From Elainellaceae cyanobacterium (GTDB taxonomy: Bacteria > Cyanobacteriota > Cyanobacteriia > CAZCXK01): 64,000 nt of DNA. Made by a program: the position numbers and the translations under genes. Shown piece after piece: positions 38,118-48,747 of the stretch (position 1 is its first letter; every line of letters begins with the position of its first letter). The stretch spans positions 138,058 to 202,057 of the forward strand of contig JBNPEB010000009.1 of assembly GCA_051117335.1 (NCBI GenBank). Reading direction: 5' to 3'. The notes beneath the pieces are model-generated. The model did no database searches and was not told the DNA's origin. It worked only from the letters and a program-made list of their open reading frames with translations.

Positions 38118-38618
38118 CTATGCTTCACCACTGCTCAGGCGCCCCCGTTGAGCAAAATCTTCGGGGCTAAGATTTGATAAAAAGTCTCGAAAGGCTTTTC
38201 GCTCAGCCTCGTCAGCATCACGGTCAACTGGAATCGAAGCATCGGCAATGACCTCTTCCATCACCCAAATTGGGCTGTCGGTGCGAAGGGCGATGGCGAT
38301 CGCATCACTAGGGCGGGCATCAATTTCTTTTTTGACATCGCCTTGACGCACCGTCAAGATTGCGTAAAACGTGTTGTCTTGAAGGGAGTGAATAACCACT
38401 CGCTCCAGGGTCATATCCCATTCTTCAAGCAAGTTAACAATCAAATCGTGGGTTAATGGACGAGGCGGTGCTTGGTTTTCAAGTGCATTAATAATCGCCC
38501 GTGCTTGATCCTGGCCGATATAAATGGGTAATTGCCGCCGATCAGCAGTATCTCTCAGCAAGACGATGGGGCTGCGAGTTGCTGCATCTAGGGCAATTCC
38601 GGCGAGTTTCATTTCAAG
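38118..38618 (-). CDS. Bifunctional nuclease family protein (BFN/DUF151)
   Basis: PIVLLRD..RQLPIYIGQDQARAI ... PRPLTHDL ... ARPSDAIAIALR; start taken at MLEMKLAG (the longest ORF extends to 38660). Confidence 0.7.
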   Translation of the reverse strand, partial: LEMKLAGIALDAATRSPIVLLRDTADRRQLPIYIGQDQARAIINALENQAPPRPLTHDLIVNLLEEWDMTLERVVIHSLQDNTFYAILTVRQGDVKKEIDARPSDAIAIALRTDSPIWVMEEVIADASIPVDRDADEAERKAFRDFLSNLSPEDFAQRGRLSSGEA

Positions 38619-39006
38619 CATTGACTTAGCCTCCAGAATCCGTTGAGCAAGGAAAATCAAACCGGGAAAAGAGAGATCACGACTGAATCAGCATAGATTA
38701 AGGATAAACCCATCTTTGGGCGTTGAAACTAGATAGATGTACTCAGATTCGCCTCGTTAGGAGAGCAAACGTCACCGCTAGTAATCTCAAGCCCCTGTCT
38801 CATTTCAGGGGAAAGTGTGTCAAGATCTAAATCAGCCCCTCGCCGATTGATAAGTTTCACTGAACTCCAGTATGCCCTGATTTTGCTCCGAGTCCATAGA
38901 CCTAATTTTGAAAGTTTAACCAAACGATAAGTCTAGCCAGCACTCAGTCAAGTAATGGCAAATCAGGTACGATCACTTTCTATGCTTAGCATCTATTTTT
39001 AACGCC

Positions 39007-39711
39007 GTGTTTACCGGAATCATTCAATCTTTAGGAAATATTCAGCGCATTGGCACCGACAAAGTCCGAATTGTGTGGGGAGGGGCTACACCACCCGGCG
39101 TTACGGCGGATCTTGCCTTAGGCGATAGCGTTGCTGTCGATGGGATTTGTCTCACCGTTAGCCAAATCCTTACGAATGGGTTTGTTGCCGATGCCTCTCC
39201 CGAGACTCTCAATCGGACCACGCTTGGGCAACTTGAGAGTGGAAACGCCGTCAATATAGAAACTTCACTCCGCGTCGGTAGCAAATTGGGTGGACATTTT
39301 GTGACGGGGCATATTGACGGAGTGGGCTATCTCCAGTCGACCGTGCAAACTGCTAATGCTTGGGAAATGAGGATTTGCGTGGCCGATTCGCGTGTGTCAT
39401 GTTACATCGTGTCGAAAGGGAGTATCGCGGTAAACGGAGTCAGTCTAACGGTGGCGGACTGTGATTCGGCAGGAAGCTGGTTTAAGGCGGCGGTGATTCC
39501 AGTCACCTATGCCGAAACAAATCTTCAATATCTAAAGGCGGGCGATCGCATCAATCTAGAGGGAGACTTGCTGGGCAAGTATGTTCAGAAGTTCCTCAAT
39601 CTGTCACCTAGCTCTGATGGTGTGCGGATTGACCAACCTGATGAGTCTTTGGCTCGATTAGATCATGATTTCATCACCCCGTCATTTTTGAGCGAGCACG
39701 GATATCTCTAA
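39007..39711 (+). CDS. ribE: Riboflavin synthase
   Basis: GTG start; MFTGIIQSLGNI N-terminus; two lumazine-binding repeats (VAVDGICLTV / IAVNGVSLTV). Confidence 0.9.
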   Translation: MFTGIIQSLGNIQRIGTDKVRIVWGGATPPGVTADLALGDSVAVDGICLTVSQILTNGFVADASPETLNRTTLGQLESGNAVNIETSLRVGSKLGGHFVTGHIDGVGYLQSTVQTANAWEMRICVADSRVSCYIVSKGSIAVNGVSLTVADCDSAGSWFKAAVIPVTYAETNLQYLKAGDRINLEGDLLGKYVQKFLNLSPSSDGVRIDQPDESLARLDHDFITPSFLSEHGYL

Positions 39712-39855
39712 CACCGGGCGATAGGATGAGCTTGAATATATAGCAACTGCTACAGTGCTTTGTGCGGTTGCACGCCAGATAGCTTACCCAGCTTTGGTTT
39801 CAGACAGGAGTCATGTCCTAAAGCTATCTGGCTGACGCTACATAAGCAGCCTGAG

Positions 39856-40722
39856 TTAACTCGGTTTTGCAACGAAGTAGTAGCCTTCGTGTATGATCTC
39901 GAAGCCAGCTTTCGTGAAAATTTGACGATTGCTGTGCCGATTTTCTAGAGATGCTGGCGGGAGTGGCGCACTGGTATATAAGAGCCCACCGGGTTCAAGC
40001 CGCTGCCTTAGCGTTTGGAAGAGCGCTGTAATCCGATCGGTTGACCAGTAGTGATATAGAAACCCAGGGCGGCTAAATAGGTTAAACCCAGAGATGACAT
40101 CAAATGTCTGAGGAGAGTCATTTAGCCAGTTTTCGATCGCATTGAAATTTACATTTTGATGCTTGTAAGACACCCGGTAGTCATAAGTTTGAGGACAATG
40201 TCGTCGGGGGTCAATTCCAACCGTTTGTGCACCCAGGAGTTGAAGCATTTCGGCTGCCATGGGAGGGCGATCGCCATAAAACTGATTGAGCAAATCATCG
40301 TCGTCATCGACAGCCCCGTATTCCGACAAGGCCCCGCAACCGATGTCTAATACTCTTAATCCATATAGAGGACTGGTATTCATGTAATCAAACCCGTCGC
40401 ATAGGGTGCCAATCAGAAATAGGATGTGGGGTTTAACGATACGGTTATTCACATCAACTTTGTAGCCCCAAAAGCGCCGATTGCTTCTCAGCATTCGGAT
40501 GACAATTTGCTTGGCAAAACTGTTGAGGTGTTTCAGTTTAGAGTATTCATCGAAAAGAAGATCAAGGTCGCTTGCAGTGATGGACTCCGAACAAAAAGAT
40601 TTCTTTAGCAAATCTTCAATTTTCTCTGCTTCCCATTCAATTCGCTCAACGTTAAGGAGTCCGTGAGCTTCAAACCCCTGAGAACTAATATGACCCTTGT
40701 CCTCACAAGGTTTGATGACCAT
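39856..40722 (-). CDS. Hypothetical protein with class I methyltransferase-like glycine motif
   Basis: VLDIGCGALSEYG; ATG at 40722 (the longest ORF extends to 40752). Confidence 0.4.
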   Translation of the reverse strand: MVIKPCEDKGHISSQGFEAHGLLNVERIEWEAEKIEDLLKKSFCSESITASDLDLLFDEYSKLKHLNSFAKQIVIRMLRSNRRFWGYKVDVNNRIVKPHILFLIGTLCDGFDYMNTSPLYGLRVLDIGCGALSEYGAVDDDDDLLNQFYGDRPPMAAEMLQLLGAQTVGIDPRRHCPQTYDYRVSYKHQNVNFNAIENWLNDSPQTFDVISGFNLFSRPGFLYHYWSTDRITALFQTLRQRLEPGGLLYTSAPLPPASLENRHSNRQIFTKAGFEIIHEGYYFVAKPS

Positions 40723-40902
40723 GGCGATCGCCCCCCAGCCAGAAAAAATCAAGAAATTTGGTAGCGAATGAACCCTATCGCGTCACAAATGAATCTCATT
40801 CTATTGCTATAGACTTCATGAAAACTTTAAGGTTCCCACAATAATTATGCCGTGTAAATGTGAGGATAATTCGATCTGCGTGCGGCATTTAGATAGAATG
40901 TC

Positions 40903-41982
40903 ATGTCAGGCTACAACTGTTTAAATAACGATGAGCTAACGATTTGCATGAGTCAGGTTAACGGTGCGCTGACCCTATTTTTTAGCTTGCTAGTAGAGGC
41001 AATGCCCTTTTTGCTGATCGGGGTACTGTTTTCTAGTTTGATTCTGCTGTTTGTAGATGAGCGTAAGCTTGTGTCAGCCTTGCCTCGAAATCCATTGTTA
41101 GGCGCTTTAGCAGGAAGCTTGGTGGGCTTTTTGTTTCCGGTTTGCGAATGCGGGAATGTTCCGGTTGCCCGTCGTCTTTTAGTTCAAGGGGCACCGGCAT
41201 CGGTAGCAATTGGATTTATGCTAGCGGCCCCTACAATCAATCCCATCGTATTTTGGGCGACGTGGACTGCATTCCGAGGTCAGCCTGAGATTGTGTTTCT
41301 ACGCATTATTTTGTCGCTATTCATTGCAACCACAATCGGCTGGGTTTTTAGCACACAGGCAGACTTGCGTCCGCTATTGCAGCCGTCGGTTGCTCGGATG
41401 ATGTCGCCACCGGAGCCGTCTCCGCGTTTAGGCCAACAGCAGGCAGGGGAGTCTCGTTCGTTGTTGCTTCAATCTGGAACATTTCTGTTAGGGCGGGAGG
41501 GCCAACCCCAGCGGTTAGACGGCAATGGAGCCGCGATCGCCGCAATCGCTGCCCCGCTGCCATCGAGGTCATTTCCCGAACGCCTTCAGCTGATGATCGA
41601 TAATGCCATTCAAGAATTGCGAGAGCTGGGGGGAATGCTCGTCATCGGCAGTGCGATCGCCGCTGTTGTTCAGGTTGCCATTCCTCGCGAGGTGGTGCTA
41701 AGCCTTGGCCAAGGACCGACCACGTCAATTTTGGCGATGATGGTGCTGGCGTGCGTCGTATCTATTTGTTCGACCGTTGATTCATTTTTTGCGCTGTCGT
41801 TCGCATCTACGTTTACGACGGGCGCTCTTTTGGCATTCCTGGTTTTTGGTCCCATGATTGACCTAAAGAATATCGGTCTGCTATTCTCTGTGTTTCGAGG
41901 ACGAGCCATTCTTTATTTGTTTGCGATCGCGGGTCAAATGACCTTTCTTTTGGCGTTATTGGTCAACCTTTACCTGAGCTAG
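40903..41982 (+). CDS. Permease (DUF318/ArsP-like predicted permease family)
   Basis: Conserved PVCECGNVPVARRL motif; polytopic membrane protein; alternative ATG at 40948. Confidence 0.7.
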   Translation: MSGYNCLNNDELTICMSQVNGALTLFFSLLVEAMPFLLIGVLFSSLILLFVDERKLVSALPRNPLLGALAGSLVGFLFPVCECGNVPVARRLLVQGAPASVAIGFMLAAPTINPIVFWATWTAFRGQPEIVFLRIILSLFIATTIGWVFSTQADLRPLLQPSVARMMSPPEPSPRLGQQQAGESRSLLLQSGTFLLGREGQPQRLDGNGAAIAAIAAPLPSRSFPERLQLMIDNAIQELRELGGMLVIGSAIAAVVQVAIPREVVLSLGQGPTTSILAMMVLACVVSICSTVDSFFALSFASTFTTGALLAFLVFGPMIDLKNIGLLFSVFRGRAILYLFAIAGQMTFLLALLVNLYLS

Positions 41983-42058
41983 CCATTGAGAACGAGAAGA
42001 CATAATGAGTGCTATTGACTTAGCCATTCAACGAAGTTCTAAGTTTTAACGAGGTTGC

Positions 42059-42883
42059 ATGACCGTTCGATCGAGGTCTACAAGAACGCGGTTTACGCCT
42101 CCCCCGCCTCCGCCATCGGGTCGATCAGTATGGCTTTTTTGGATAGATACGTTAGCCCTCTTAAGCTGGGGAGGATTACTCCTCAAATACTGGTTTACTG
42201 GGCAAATCAATTTGCTTCTCCACCCTGACTACATGTGGTTGGCAAATTTGGCGGGCTTATTTTTGTTGGGGGTCGGTGGGTTTAGAGTGGCGCAGTTTGT
42301 TCAGTGGAGGCAGCGGCGATCCATTCGAGCTCGCTCGTTCCAGACCGCATCAACGCAGCACTTTGCATTGCTGCCACCCGGTTGGGGAAGCGTGCTGCTG
42401 ATTGGTGTCGCCCTGATGGGATTTGTGATTGTTCCGCGTCCGTTTGACAGCCAGATTGCGCTCGAACGAGGAGTCACGGATACGCTTGCAGCGACTCGAT
42501 CGCAGCCCCAATCCTTTCGAGCATCGACCCGACCTGACGAGAAAAGCCTGATTGAATGGATTCGCACCCTAAATGTATATCCTGAACCCGATGCATATAC
42601 GGGGCAGACGGTTAATGTTCAAGGATTTGTAATCCATCCTCCTGATTTGCCTGATAACTACTTAATGATTTCTCGGTTTATCTTGACTTGCTGTGCAGCC
42701 GATGCATATCCGGTTGGGTTGCCTGTCAAACTAGCCGAACGACGTTCGGCTTATCCGCCCGATACCTGGCTTGATATTCAGGGGAAGATGATCACTGAAA
42801 CGCTGAATGGCACTCGTCATCTCACCATTCAGCCAGATTCGATGACGGAAATCCCGGAACCCAAAAATCCCTACGAATACTAA
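42059..42883 (+). CDS. TIGR03943-family membrane protein (usual partner of DUF318 permease)
   Basis: N-terminal TM helices; conserved LTCCAADAYPVGLPV; directly downstream of the permease. Confidence 0.65.
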   Translation: MTVRSRSTRTRFTPPPPPPSGRSVWLFWIDTLALLSWGGLLLKYWFTGQINLLLHPDYMWLANLAGLFLLGVGGFRVAQFVQWRQRRSIRARSFQTASTQHFALLPPGWGSVLLIGVALMGFVIVPRPFDSQIALERGVTDTLAATRSQPQSFRASTRPDEKSLIEWIRTLNVYPEPDAYTGQTVNVQGFVIHPPDLPDNYLMISRFILTCCAADAYPVGLPVKLAERRSAYPPDTWLDIQGKMITETLNGTRHLTIQPDSMTEIPEPKNPYEY

Positions 42884-42890
42884 TCGCTTT

Positions 42891-44480
42891 TTGCCCATGT
42901 TTCAACCGTCAATGAAATCGTCTAGGCAGTTTCCTCAGGCGCTCGACCGCACCGCGTTAATCGTGATTTCTGTGTTGAGCGTGATAATAGCGGGGTTGCT
43001 GCTGTTAGGCGATCGCACGGCAGCACACGTGCGGAGTTTTAGTTGGGATGATAAACGGGTTGGCGCAGAGGATACCGCGTTTATCTTAGATTTCAGTCGC
43101 CCGATGGATCGAGAGAGCGTCGAGAACAACTTGCACCTCAAAGCGATTGTGCCAAATGAAGAACCTCAGCCCATTCCAGGCAAATTTAGCTGGGCAGGCC
43201 GTCGGATGGCGTATACCCTTGATGCTCCTGCACCGTATGGCTATGAATTTGAGCTGACTCTAGAAGGAGCATCCGATCGCTTTGGCGTTCTCGGTGACGA
43301 CAGCAGCACGATTCGACCCTTCAAAGCCCGATTCCATACCCGCGATCGCGCTTTTTTGTATCTCGGTACTGACGATGACGAAACAGGACGACTGATTCTC
43401 TACAACATTACTCAGCAAGAAAAACGGCTTTTAACCCCAGAAACGCTCGTCGTGATGGACTATGAGGCATATCCAGAGGGCGATCGCGTTTTATTTTCGG
43501 CCACGAATCGTGAATCGTACGAACAGGGGCTGCTCAATCAGCAGCTCTATACGGTTTCGACAGGCATCCGCGCAGAATCGTCGGCAGACGCGCCTGGCAA
43601 CCACTCCAACACATTGGTACCATCTCAACTCCCTGAGTCCATTCCAGTGGATGGCGAAATCAAGCTCGTCTTAGATGATGATGACTATCAAAATCTAAAA
43701 TTTGACCTGTCTCCTGATGGTCAAACGATTGTTGTCTATCGAGTCAACCGGAGTAATCCAGCAGAATTTGGCTTATGGGTTATCAACTCCGATGGAGAGC
43801 CAAAACCGTTGGAATCAGAACCGGGTGGAGATTTCCTGATTACGCCTGATAGTCAGGCATTAGCATATCTGCAAGGGGAAGGATTGGCGATTTTGCCGCT
43901 TAATGCAGAGGACGATGAAACGAATGAACCGCTCGAATTCTTGCCAACCTACGGCATGGTGTTGAGTTTCGCATCCGATGGATCAGCCGCAGCACTAGTC
44001 AAGTTTAATGCTGATCCCTACAATCCGACGCGATCGCTCTACCTAGTAACAAATCAGGGCACTGAGCAAGAATTGCTCAAGACGACCGGGTCGATTTTGA
44101 ATGCTACCTTTGACCCTACTCAAACCATGCTCTACTGTCTACTCACAGAACTTTTACCGGGTGATATATATGTCGAGCAACCCTATTTAACAGCGATTGA
44201 CCTAGAAACGGGCGATCGCATCGATTTGCTTCAGCTTCCAATCCAGCAAGATATCCAAATGAGCCTTGCCCCAGATGGGTTGGGTATTTTATTTGATCAA
44301 GTTGTTTCGTCATCAGAGCCAACTCCTGATAGTGAAGCGATTCGGGGAATTGACGGTAAACCGATTGACACGAGTCGGCTTTGGTTTCTACCTGTGCTTA
44401 CCGACGAGGATGGAAACGTGGTGCAAACCGAACCCGAAGTTTTGCCCTTCTTGGGACTACGGCCTCGTTGGCTACCCTAA
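42891..44480 (+). CDS. Membrane-anchored hypothetical protein, possible beta-propeller (TolB/PD40-like) domain
   Basis: N-terminal TM LIVISVLSVIIAGLLLLG; repeated DG..I..YRV / SDG motifs; start 8 nt after the TIGR03943 gene stop. Confidence 0.5.
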   Translation: MPMFQPSMKSSRQFPQALDRTALIVISVLSVIIAGLLLLGDRTAAHVRSFSWDDKRVGAEDTAFILDFSRPMDRESVENNLHLKAIVPNEEPQPIPGKFSWAGRRMAYTLDAPAPYGYEFELTLEGASDRFGVLGDDSSTIRPFKARFHTRDRAFLYLGTDDDETGRLILYNITQQEKRLLTPETLVVMDYEAYPEGDRVLFSATNRESYEQGLLNQQLYTVSTGIRAESSADAPGNHSNTLVPSQLPESIPVDGEIKLVLDDDDYQNLKFDLSPDGQTIVVYRVNRSNPAEFGLWVINSDGEPKPLESEPGGDFLITPDSQALAYLQGEGLAILPLNAEDDETNEPLEFLPTYGMVLSFASDGSAAALVKFNADPYNPTRSLYLVTNQGTEQELLKTTGSILNATFDPTQTMLYCLLTELLPGDIYVEQPYLTAIDLETGDRIDLLQLPIQQDIQMSLAPDGLGILFDQVVSSSEPTPDSEAIRGIDGKPIDTSRLWFLPVLTDEDGNVVQTEPEVLPFLGLRPRWLP

Positions 44481-44521
44481 ATGGCCCCGACCTCATGAAC
44501 CGAGCGAGTCAACTATCTGCG

Positions 44522-44965
44522 TTAAGGATTCAGATCTCTGTTGGCATGATGATTGGACTCTTTATCGATTTCTAGGGCGCGCTCATAGCTAGCGTATGCC
44601 TTTTTGTGCTGCCCCAAATAGCGCAATGCAGCCCCTCGGAAAATCCAGGCTTCTACCTCATCGGGATTGATTTCTAATGCCCGCTCGCAACTTGCCAATG
44701 CGGCTTGATATCGACCGAGATATATGAGCATTACGCCTCGAAAGACAAGAACCTCAGCGCTATTAGGATCAATTGCTAACGCTTGGTCAAAACTATCAAG
44801 AGCCTCTTGATAGCGGTTCTGATTCGCTAACTCGTCACCTCGCCTATACCAAGCGGCGAATGAATTTAAGTCTGCCGGGTGGGCATCAACGTCCATCAGC
44901 ATCGTTTGCTTCACGTCAAAACGAGAATGGATTCTGGATCCTAAGCATCGAGTATCTTGGTACAC
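44522..44965 (-). CDS. Tetratricopeptide repeat protein
   Basis: Three TPR units (AWYRRGDELANQNRYQEALDSFDQALAIDPNSAE, etc.). Confidence 0.7.
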   Translation of the reverse strand: MYQDTRCLGSRIHSRFDVKQTMLMDVDAHPADLNSFAAWYRRGDELANQNRYQEALDSFDQALAIDPNSAEVLVFRGVMLIYLGRYQAALASCERALEINPDEVEAWIFRGAALRYLGQHKKAYASYERALEIDKESNHHANRDLNP

Positions 44966-45175
44966 ACCAGCCTAGCTCACAATCTTGCCGCATTACCTGA
45001 TCGACGAATCATTGGATGGACTCTGCTATCTCGTATCCTAATTTCAGATGTAGACGGGATATCAACCGATAAATTGCTCAATTTGGGTCAATCTTATGCG
45101 ATATTCAGCATCTATCCGAAGATAGAACTCCTAGTCTTAAGAATTCGTAGGATAGCGTCGCACCACAGATTAACA

Positions 45176-46039
45176 TCAGCGTTGAGTCGTGCTCACAATT
45201 CCTGACCACTGAATTTTTTTGAGGCGATCGCGCCGATAGGAAAAGAAATGCTCTGCATCTTGATAGGTGCAGTGGGGGGCAGTAGCAACATGGTCTGCAC
45301 AAATTCCCAACGATTCGAGCTGAAGCTGGTTCACCAGTCGAATATCAATTCGTGCTCGATTAGGCATGGGGTCGTCTAGAAGGGGAGACGTTGGAAGCTG
45401 CTCTAGCTGCTCTAACACCGTAGTGGGGTCGTCATCTATTGTGGGGCAAGCCGAATTGCCGATGGGTGCAGTGATTGGCACAACCGTTTTACCCACCTCG
45501 GCAGCAACCGTGGTTGAGACTTGATACACAGTTCCAGCGATCGCTGGTCCTAATGCAATGCGAAGATTTTGGAGATGGCTCCCCTGAGATTGAAAGCGGG
45601 CGATCGCCTGGGGCAAGATTTGGGCGGCTGTACCCCGCCATCCCGCATGAACAGCAGCAACCTGCCCCGTAGCAACATCTGCAACCAATGCCGGCACACA
45701 ATCTGCTGTCGCCACCCAGACCGCCTGATCGATCCGGTCAGTTAAAATTCCATCGGCTTCCGGCAATGGGCTAGAGTCAACTGAGTCAGCATCGGGAGGA
45801 GACGATTGCTGGATGACAATTTCAGTGGGTGTTAAAACCGTACCGCCATGAACTTGCCTGACCCGATAGATGTCAGCGGTGGGAGACAAAACATGTCCAA
45901 TCTCTGCCAGAGACATTGACCCAAATGATTGGGTAAAAAAGCCATGGGGAAACGGGGCTAAGAGGCTGCAGGTGAGATACGGTAAATCTTGCCAGGTATG
46001 CCAATGCCAGGTGTGCATAGAATTCAACAGATACGTCAA
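45176..46039 (-). CDS. pgeF: Peptidoglycan editing factor PgeF (YfiH/laccase-domain family)
   Basis: Conserved RQVHG, ADCVP and HAGWRG motifs. Confidence 0.8.
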   Translation of the reverse strand: MTYLLNSMHTWHWHTWQDLPYLTCSLLAPFPHGFFTQSFGSMSLAEIGHVLSPTADIYRVRQVHGGTVLTPTEIVIQQSSPPDADSVDSSPLPEADGILTDRIDQAVWVATADCVPALVADVATGQVAAVHAGWRGTAAQILPQAIARFQSQGSHLQNLRIALGPAIAGTVYQVSTTVAAEVGKTVVPITAPIGNSACPTIDDDPTTVLEQLEQLPTSPLLDDPMPNRARIDIRLVNQLQLESLGICADHVATAPHCTYQDAEHFFSYRRDRLKKIQWSGIVSTTQR

Positions 46040-46288
46040 GATACGTGAATCAATGGACAGGCTAATTGTCAGAACCGCACAAAAACATCCTACAGGGGCT
46101 CAGCGTTTTCCAATGAGCTAACGCCGAATTAACGTCATGAAGACTTGATAGATTAGCCGCACAGCTTATACTAAACAACACCTTGCTCGACCTCTGAAAA
46201 TTTCTCTTAGCTAGAACGTGAGGGTTTGGATGCGGGCAAAGATTGTTTGACAGGCGCCCATTATCGTGTTGTCAGTTATCTATCATCT

Positions 46289-47131
46289 ATGCATCAGCCA
46301 TCTGATCCCCTCAACGGGATTCATATCAGTCGATTAAATGCTGCCCTTGAGCAGTATTCGGTTCACCTGAATGGCACTGTTTCTCCGCGTCCCCACCTTA
46401 CAATTCACGGGTTTGAAACCGTATTATCTACCAATTCAGTCGTATGGAACCTAATTGACGAAGGGGCATGCTCAAACACAGTGGTGATTGCGTCTCAGCA
46501 GAAGACTGGAAAAGGACAGTGGGGTCGTCGATGGCAGTCCTCTACAGGTGGCTTGTACCTGTCTGTTGCGATCGCCCTAGATTGTCCTGTCGATCGGGGC
46601 AAACAACTTTCCCTCGTGAGTGCTTGGGGAATTGCCTCAGCCCTGCGCCAGCATAATATTGCCGTTGGTATAAAATGGCCGAACGACCTCATTCTACAAG
46701 GGCGTAAACTCGGCGGCATTCTAATTGAAACTCGAATGCATCAAGAGCGCATAACCTGGGCTGTCATTGGAGTGGGTATTAACTGGGAAAATCCTGTCCC
46801 TGATATGGGCATTACGCTGACATCGTGTTTAGACCAGCCTGCCAATTCGTCGATTTCCTCCATTGAAGATCTGGCTGCTGTGGTGCTTCATGGAATAATG
46901 GCAAGCTATCATTGCTGGCATGGTCAGGGCATTTCAGATATAGTGTCGTCCTATCAGTCACTATTGACCCATCTGGGGCAGTCTATTCACATTCAGGGGC
47001 AGCAAGGACACATTGTCGGTGTCTCACCTCAAGGCGATTTACGCATTTCTGTTACGAATTCTGCGACAGAAATCAGCGTTGAACCCGGCACTATCAGCCT
47101 CGGATATTCGTCGCTCTCAAATCATGGCTAA
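46289..47131 (+). CDS. birA: Biotin--[acetyl-CoA-carboxylase] ligase
   Basis: GKGQWGRRWQS (GRGRRGR-W type biotin-binding loop) and KWPNDL..GRKLGGILIE motifs. Confidence 0.8.
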   Translation: MHQPSDPLNGIHISRLNAALEQYSVHLNGTVSPRPHLTIHGFETVLSTNSVVWNLIDEGACSNTVVIASQQKTGKGQWGRRWQSSTGGLYLSVAIALDCPVDRGKQLSLVSAWGIASALRQHNIAVGIKWPNDLILQGRKLGGILIETRMHQERITWAVIGVGINWENPVPDMGITLTSCLDQPANSSISSIEDLAAVVLHGIMASYHCWHGQGISDIVSSYQSLLTHLGQSIHIQGQQGHIVGVSPQGDLRISVTNSATEISVEPGTISLGYSSLSNHG

Positions 47132-47304
47132 CTGATGTGCATTCGCTGTATCGTAGTGGTTGGGGATTTGCCTCGATTCTAAGTTTAAGGTGTAGTTAAT
47201 TTTGTTATTCGAGGAACTGATTGGTTAGAATAGCAGACTAGACATCTGGCTAAAAGCCAACTCGGTGAATCCATCTCATTGATTTGAGGAGTGAAAGTTT
47301 GGCG

Positions 47305-48621
47305 ATGATTCAACGGCATAACATTGAAGCCAACGTCTGGCGGACGAGTCAACGTCGATGGCTGGTTGGGAGTTTAAGTTGGCTGACCGGAATGGGACTG
47401 TTAGGCAACCCTATCGTTCTCGCTCAAACATCGCCGTCCTCTTCGACGTCTGTCCCGAGTGCCCAAGATTTATTAACCTCTGACGAGTTAGAGGCAGCTT
47501 CATCAACCTCTTCCTCCTCCAAGCAGAACGACGCTCAACCTAATGCGAGTTCCAATAATTCTGTGACCTTGCCTGAGCAGATTCCTAGTGAGCGATCGCC
47601 TTCAAATTCTCCAGATGATCCAGCAAGCGCCGTGCCGCCACTAGATCCGGCTGATTTGAACGCCGATAGACCAACGCCAACGCGCGTCGGAACGACCGAT
47701 TACAGCACTGTCTACATTGACACGACTGACTACAGTCTAGGGGCAACCAATCAGAATCAAGATATTCCGTCTATTGTGTTGTCTGAGCGCTCAACTGGCT
47801 GTCAGGCGGTTGTCGAGCAAGGGCAGACTGTACCTGCCAACATTTGTGGCTCGGCGGAGAGCGTAGCGAGTGCACTGGGATATGCCGCCGGGAACCGCCG
47901 AGGAACCGTCAGTTCAGTCAATGTGGGGCCGCTCAGTATTGGCCCCAACGGGGTTAGTCTAAACCGTTCTCAGTCTGTCTGGGACTACTACAATCAAACA
48001 TCCCGCCCAGCCGCGATGTCTGGAAATGGTAATTCGAGATTGCTGTTTCCGCTATCGATTCCGGCAATGATTTCGTCACCGTTTGGCTGGCGGGTTCACC
48101 CTATTTTTGGTTCAGAACGGTTTCACACGGGCACGGATTTAGCAGCTCCTATGGGAACGCCCGTCGTTGCGGCCTATGCGGGGCAAGTGGCGATCGCCGA
48201 CCTCATGCGGGGCTACGGGCTAACGGTGGTTTTACGGCACAACGATGCAACTCAAGAAACCCTGTATGGCCACCTATCTGAGCTATTTGTGAAGCCGGGT
48301 GAGTGGGTTGATCAAGGCGAAGTCATTGGGCGAGTCGGTAGCACGGGTAATTCAACGGGGCCTCACCTCCATTTTGAGCTTCGAGAAGCGACATCAGACG
48401 GTTGGCTCGCTCTAAATGCTGGAGAAATTCTTCAGGTCGCATTAGCTCACTTTGGAAGCTCTTTCCAGCTCGTCTCCGCTGATACGACACCACTCGAAAA
48501 GGATATTAATCTACTAGAGGTTCCTGAAACCCTACAGTCAGGCAAGAATGCCATTAAGACAACATCAACGGACTTCCAAGCCTTGGTGAAAGAAGAAAAG
48601 ACGTCACTGAACCAAAACTAG
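47305..48621 (+). CDS. M23-family metallopeptidase with N-terminal signal peptide and Ser-rich linker
   Basis: HTGTDLAAPMGTPVVAAYAGQV and GPHLHFELRE zinc-ligand motifs. Confidence 0.85.
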   Translation: MIQRHNIEANVWRTSQRRWLVGSLSWLTGMGLLGNPIVLAQTSPSSSTSVPSAQDLLTSDELEAASSTSSSSKQNDAQPNASSNNSVTLPEQIPSERSPSNSPDDPASAVPPLDPADLNADRPTPTRVGTTDYSTVYIDTTDYSLGATNQNQDIPSIVLSERSTGCQAVVEQGQTVPANICGSAESVASALGYAAGNRRGTVSSVNVGPLSIGPNGVSLNRSQSVWDYYNQTSRPAAMSGNGNSRLLFPLSIPAMISSPFGWRVHPIFGSERFHTGTDLAAPMGTPVVAAYAGQVAIADLMRGYGLTVVLRHNDATQETLYGHLSELFVKPGEWVDQGEVIGRVGSTGNSTGPHLHFELREATSDGWLALNAGEILQVALAHFGSSFQLVSADTTPLEKDINLLEVPETLQSGKNAIKTTSTDFQALVKEEKTSLNQN

Positions 48622-48747
48622 CGCCTGTTTGACAGAAGGCGAGTAGGCGTGTACGTAAGCGTGCTAAACCTCATGGTGCAGCACGCTTGCTATGTTATAG
48701 TTCGCTCTATATCTTTTACCCTCTTCTCTACAGAAAATAAGTGATGA

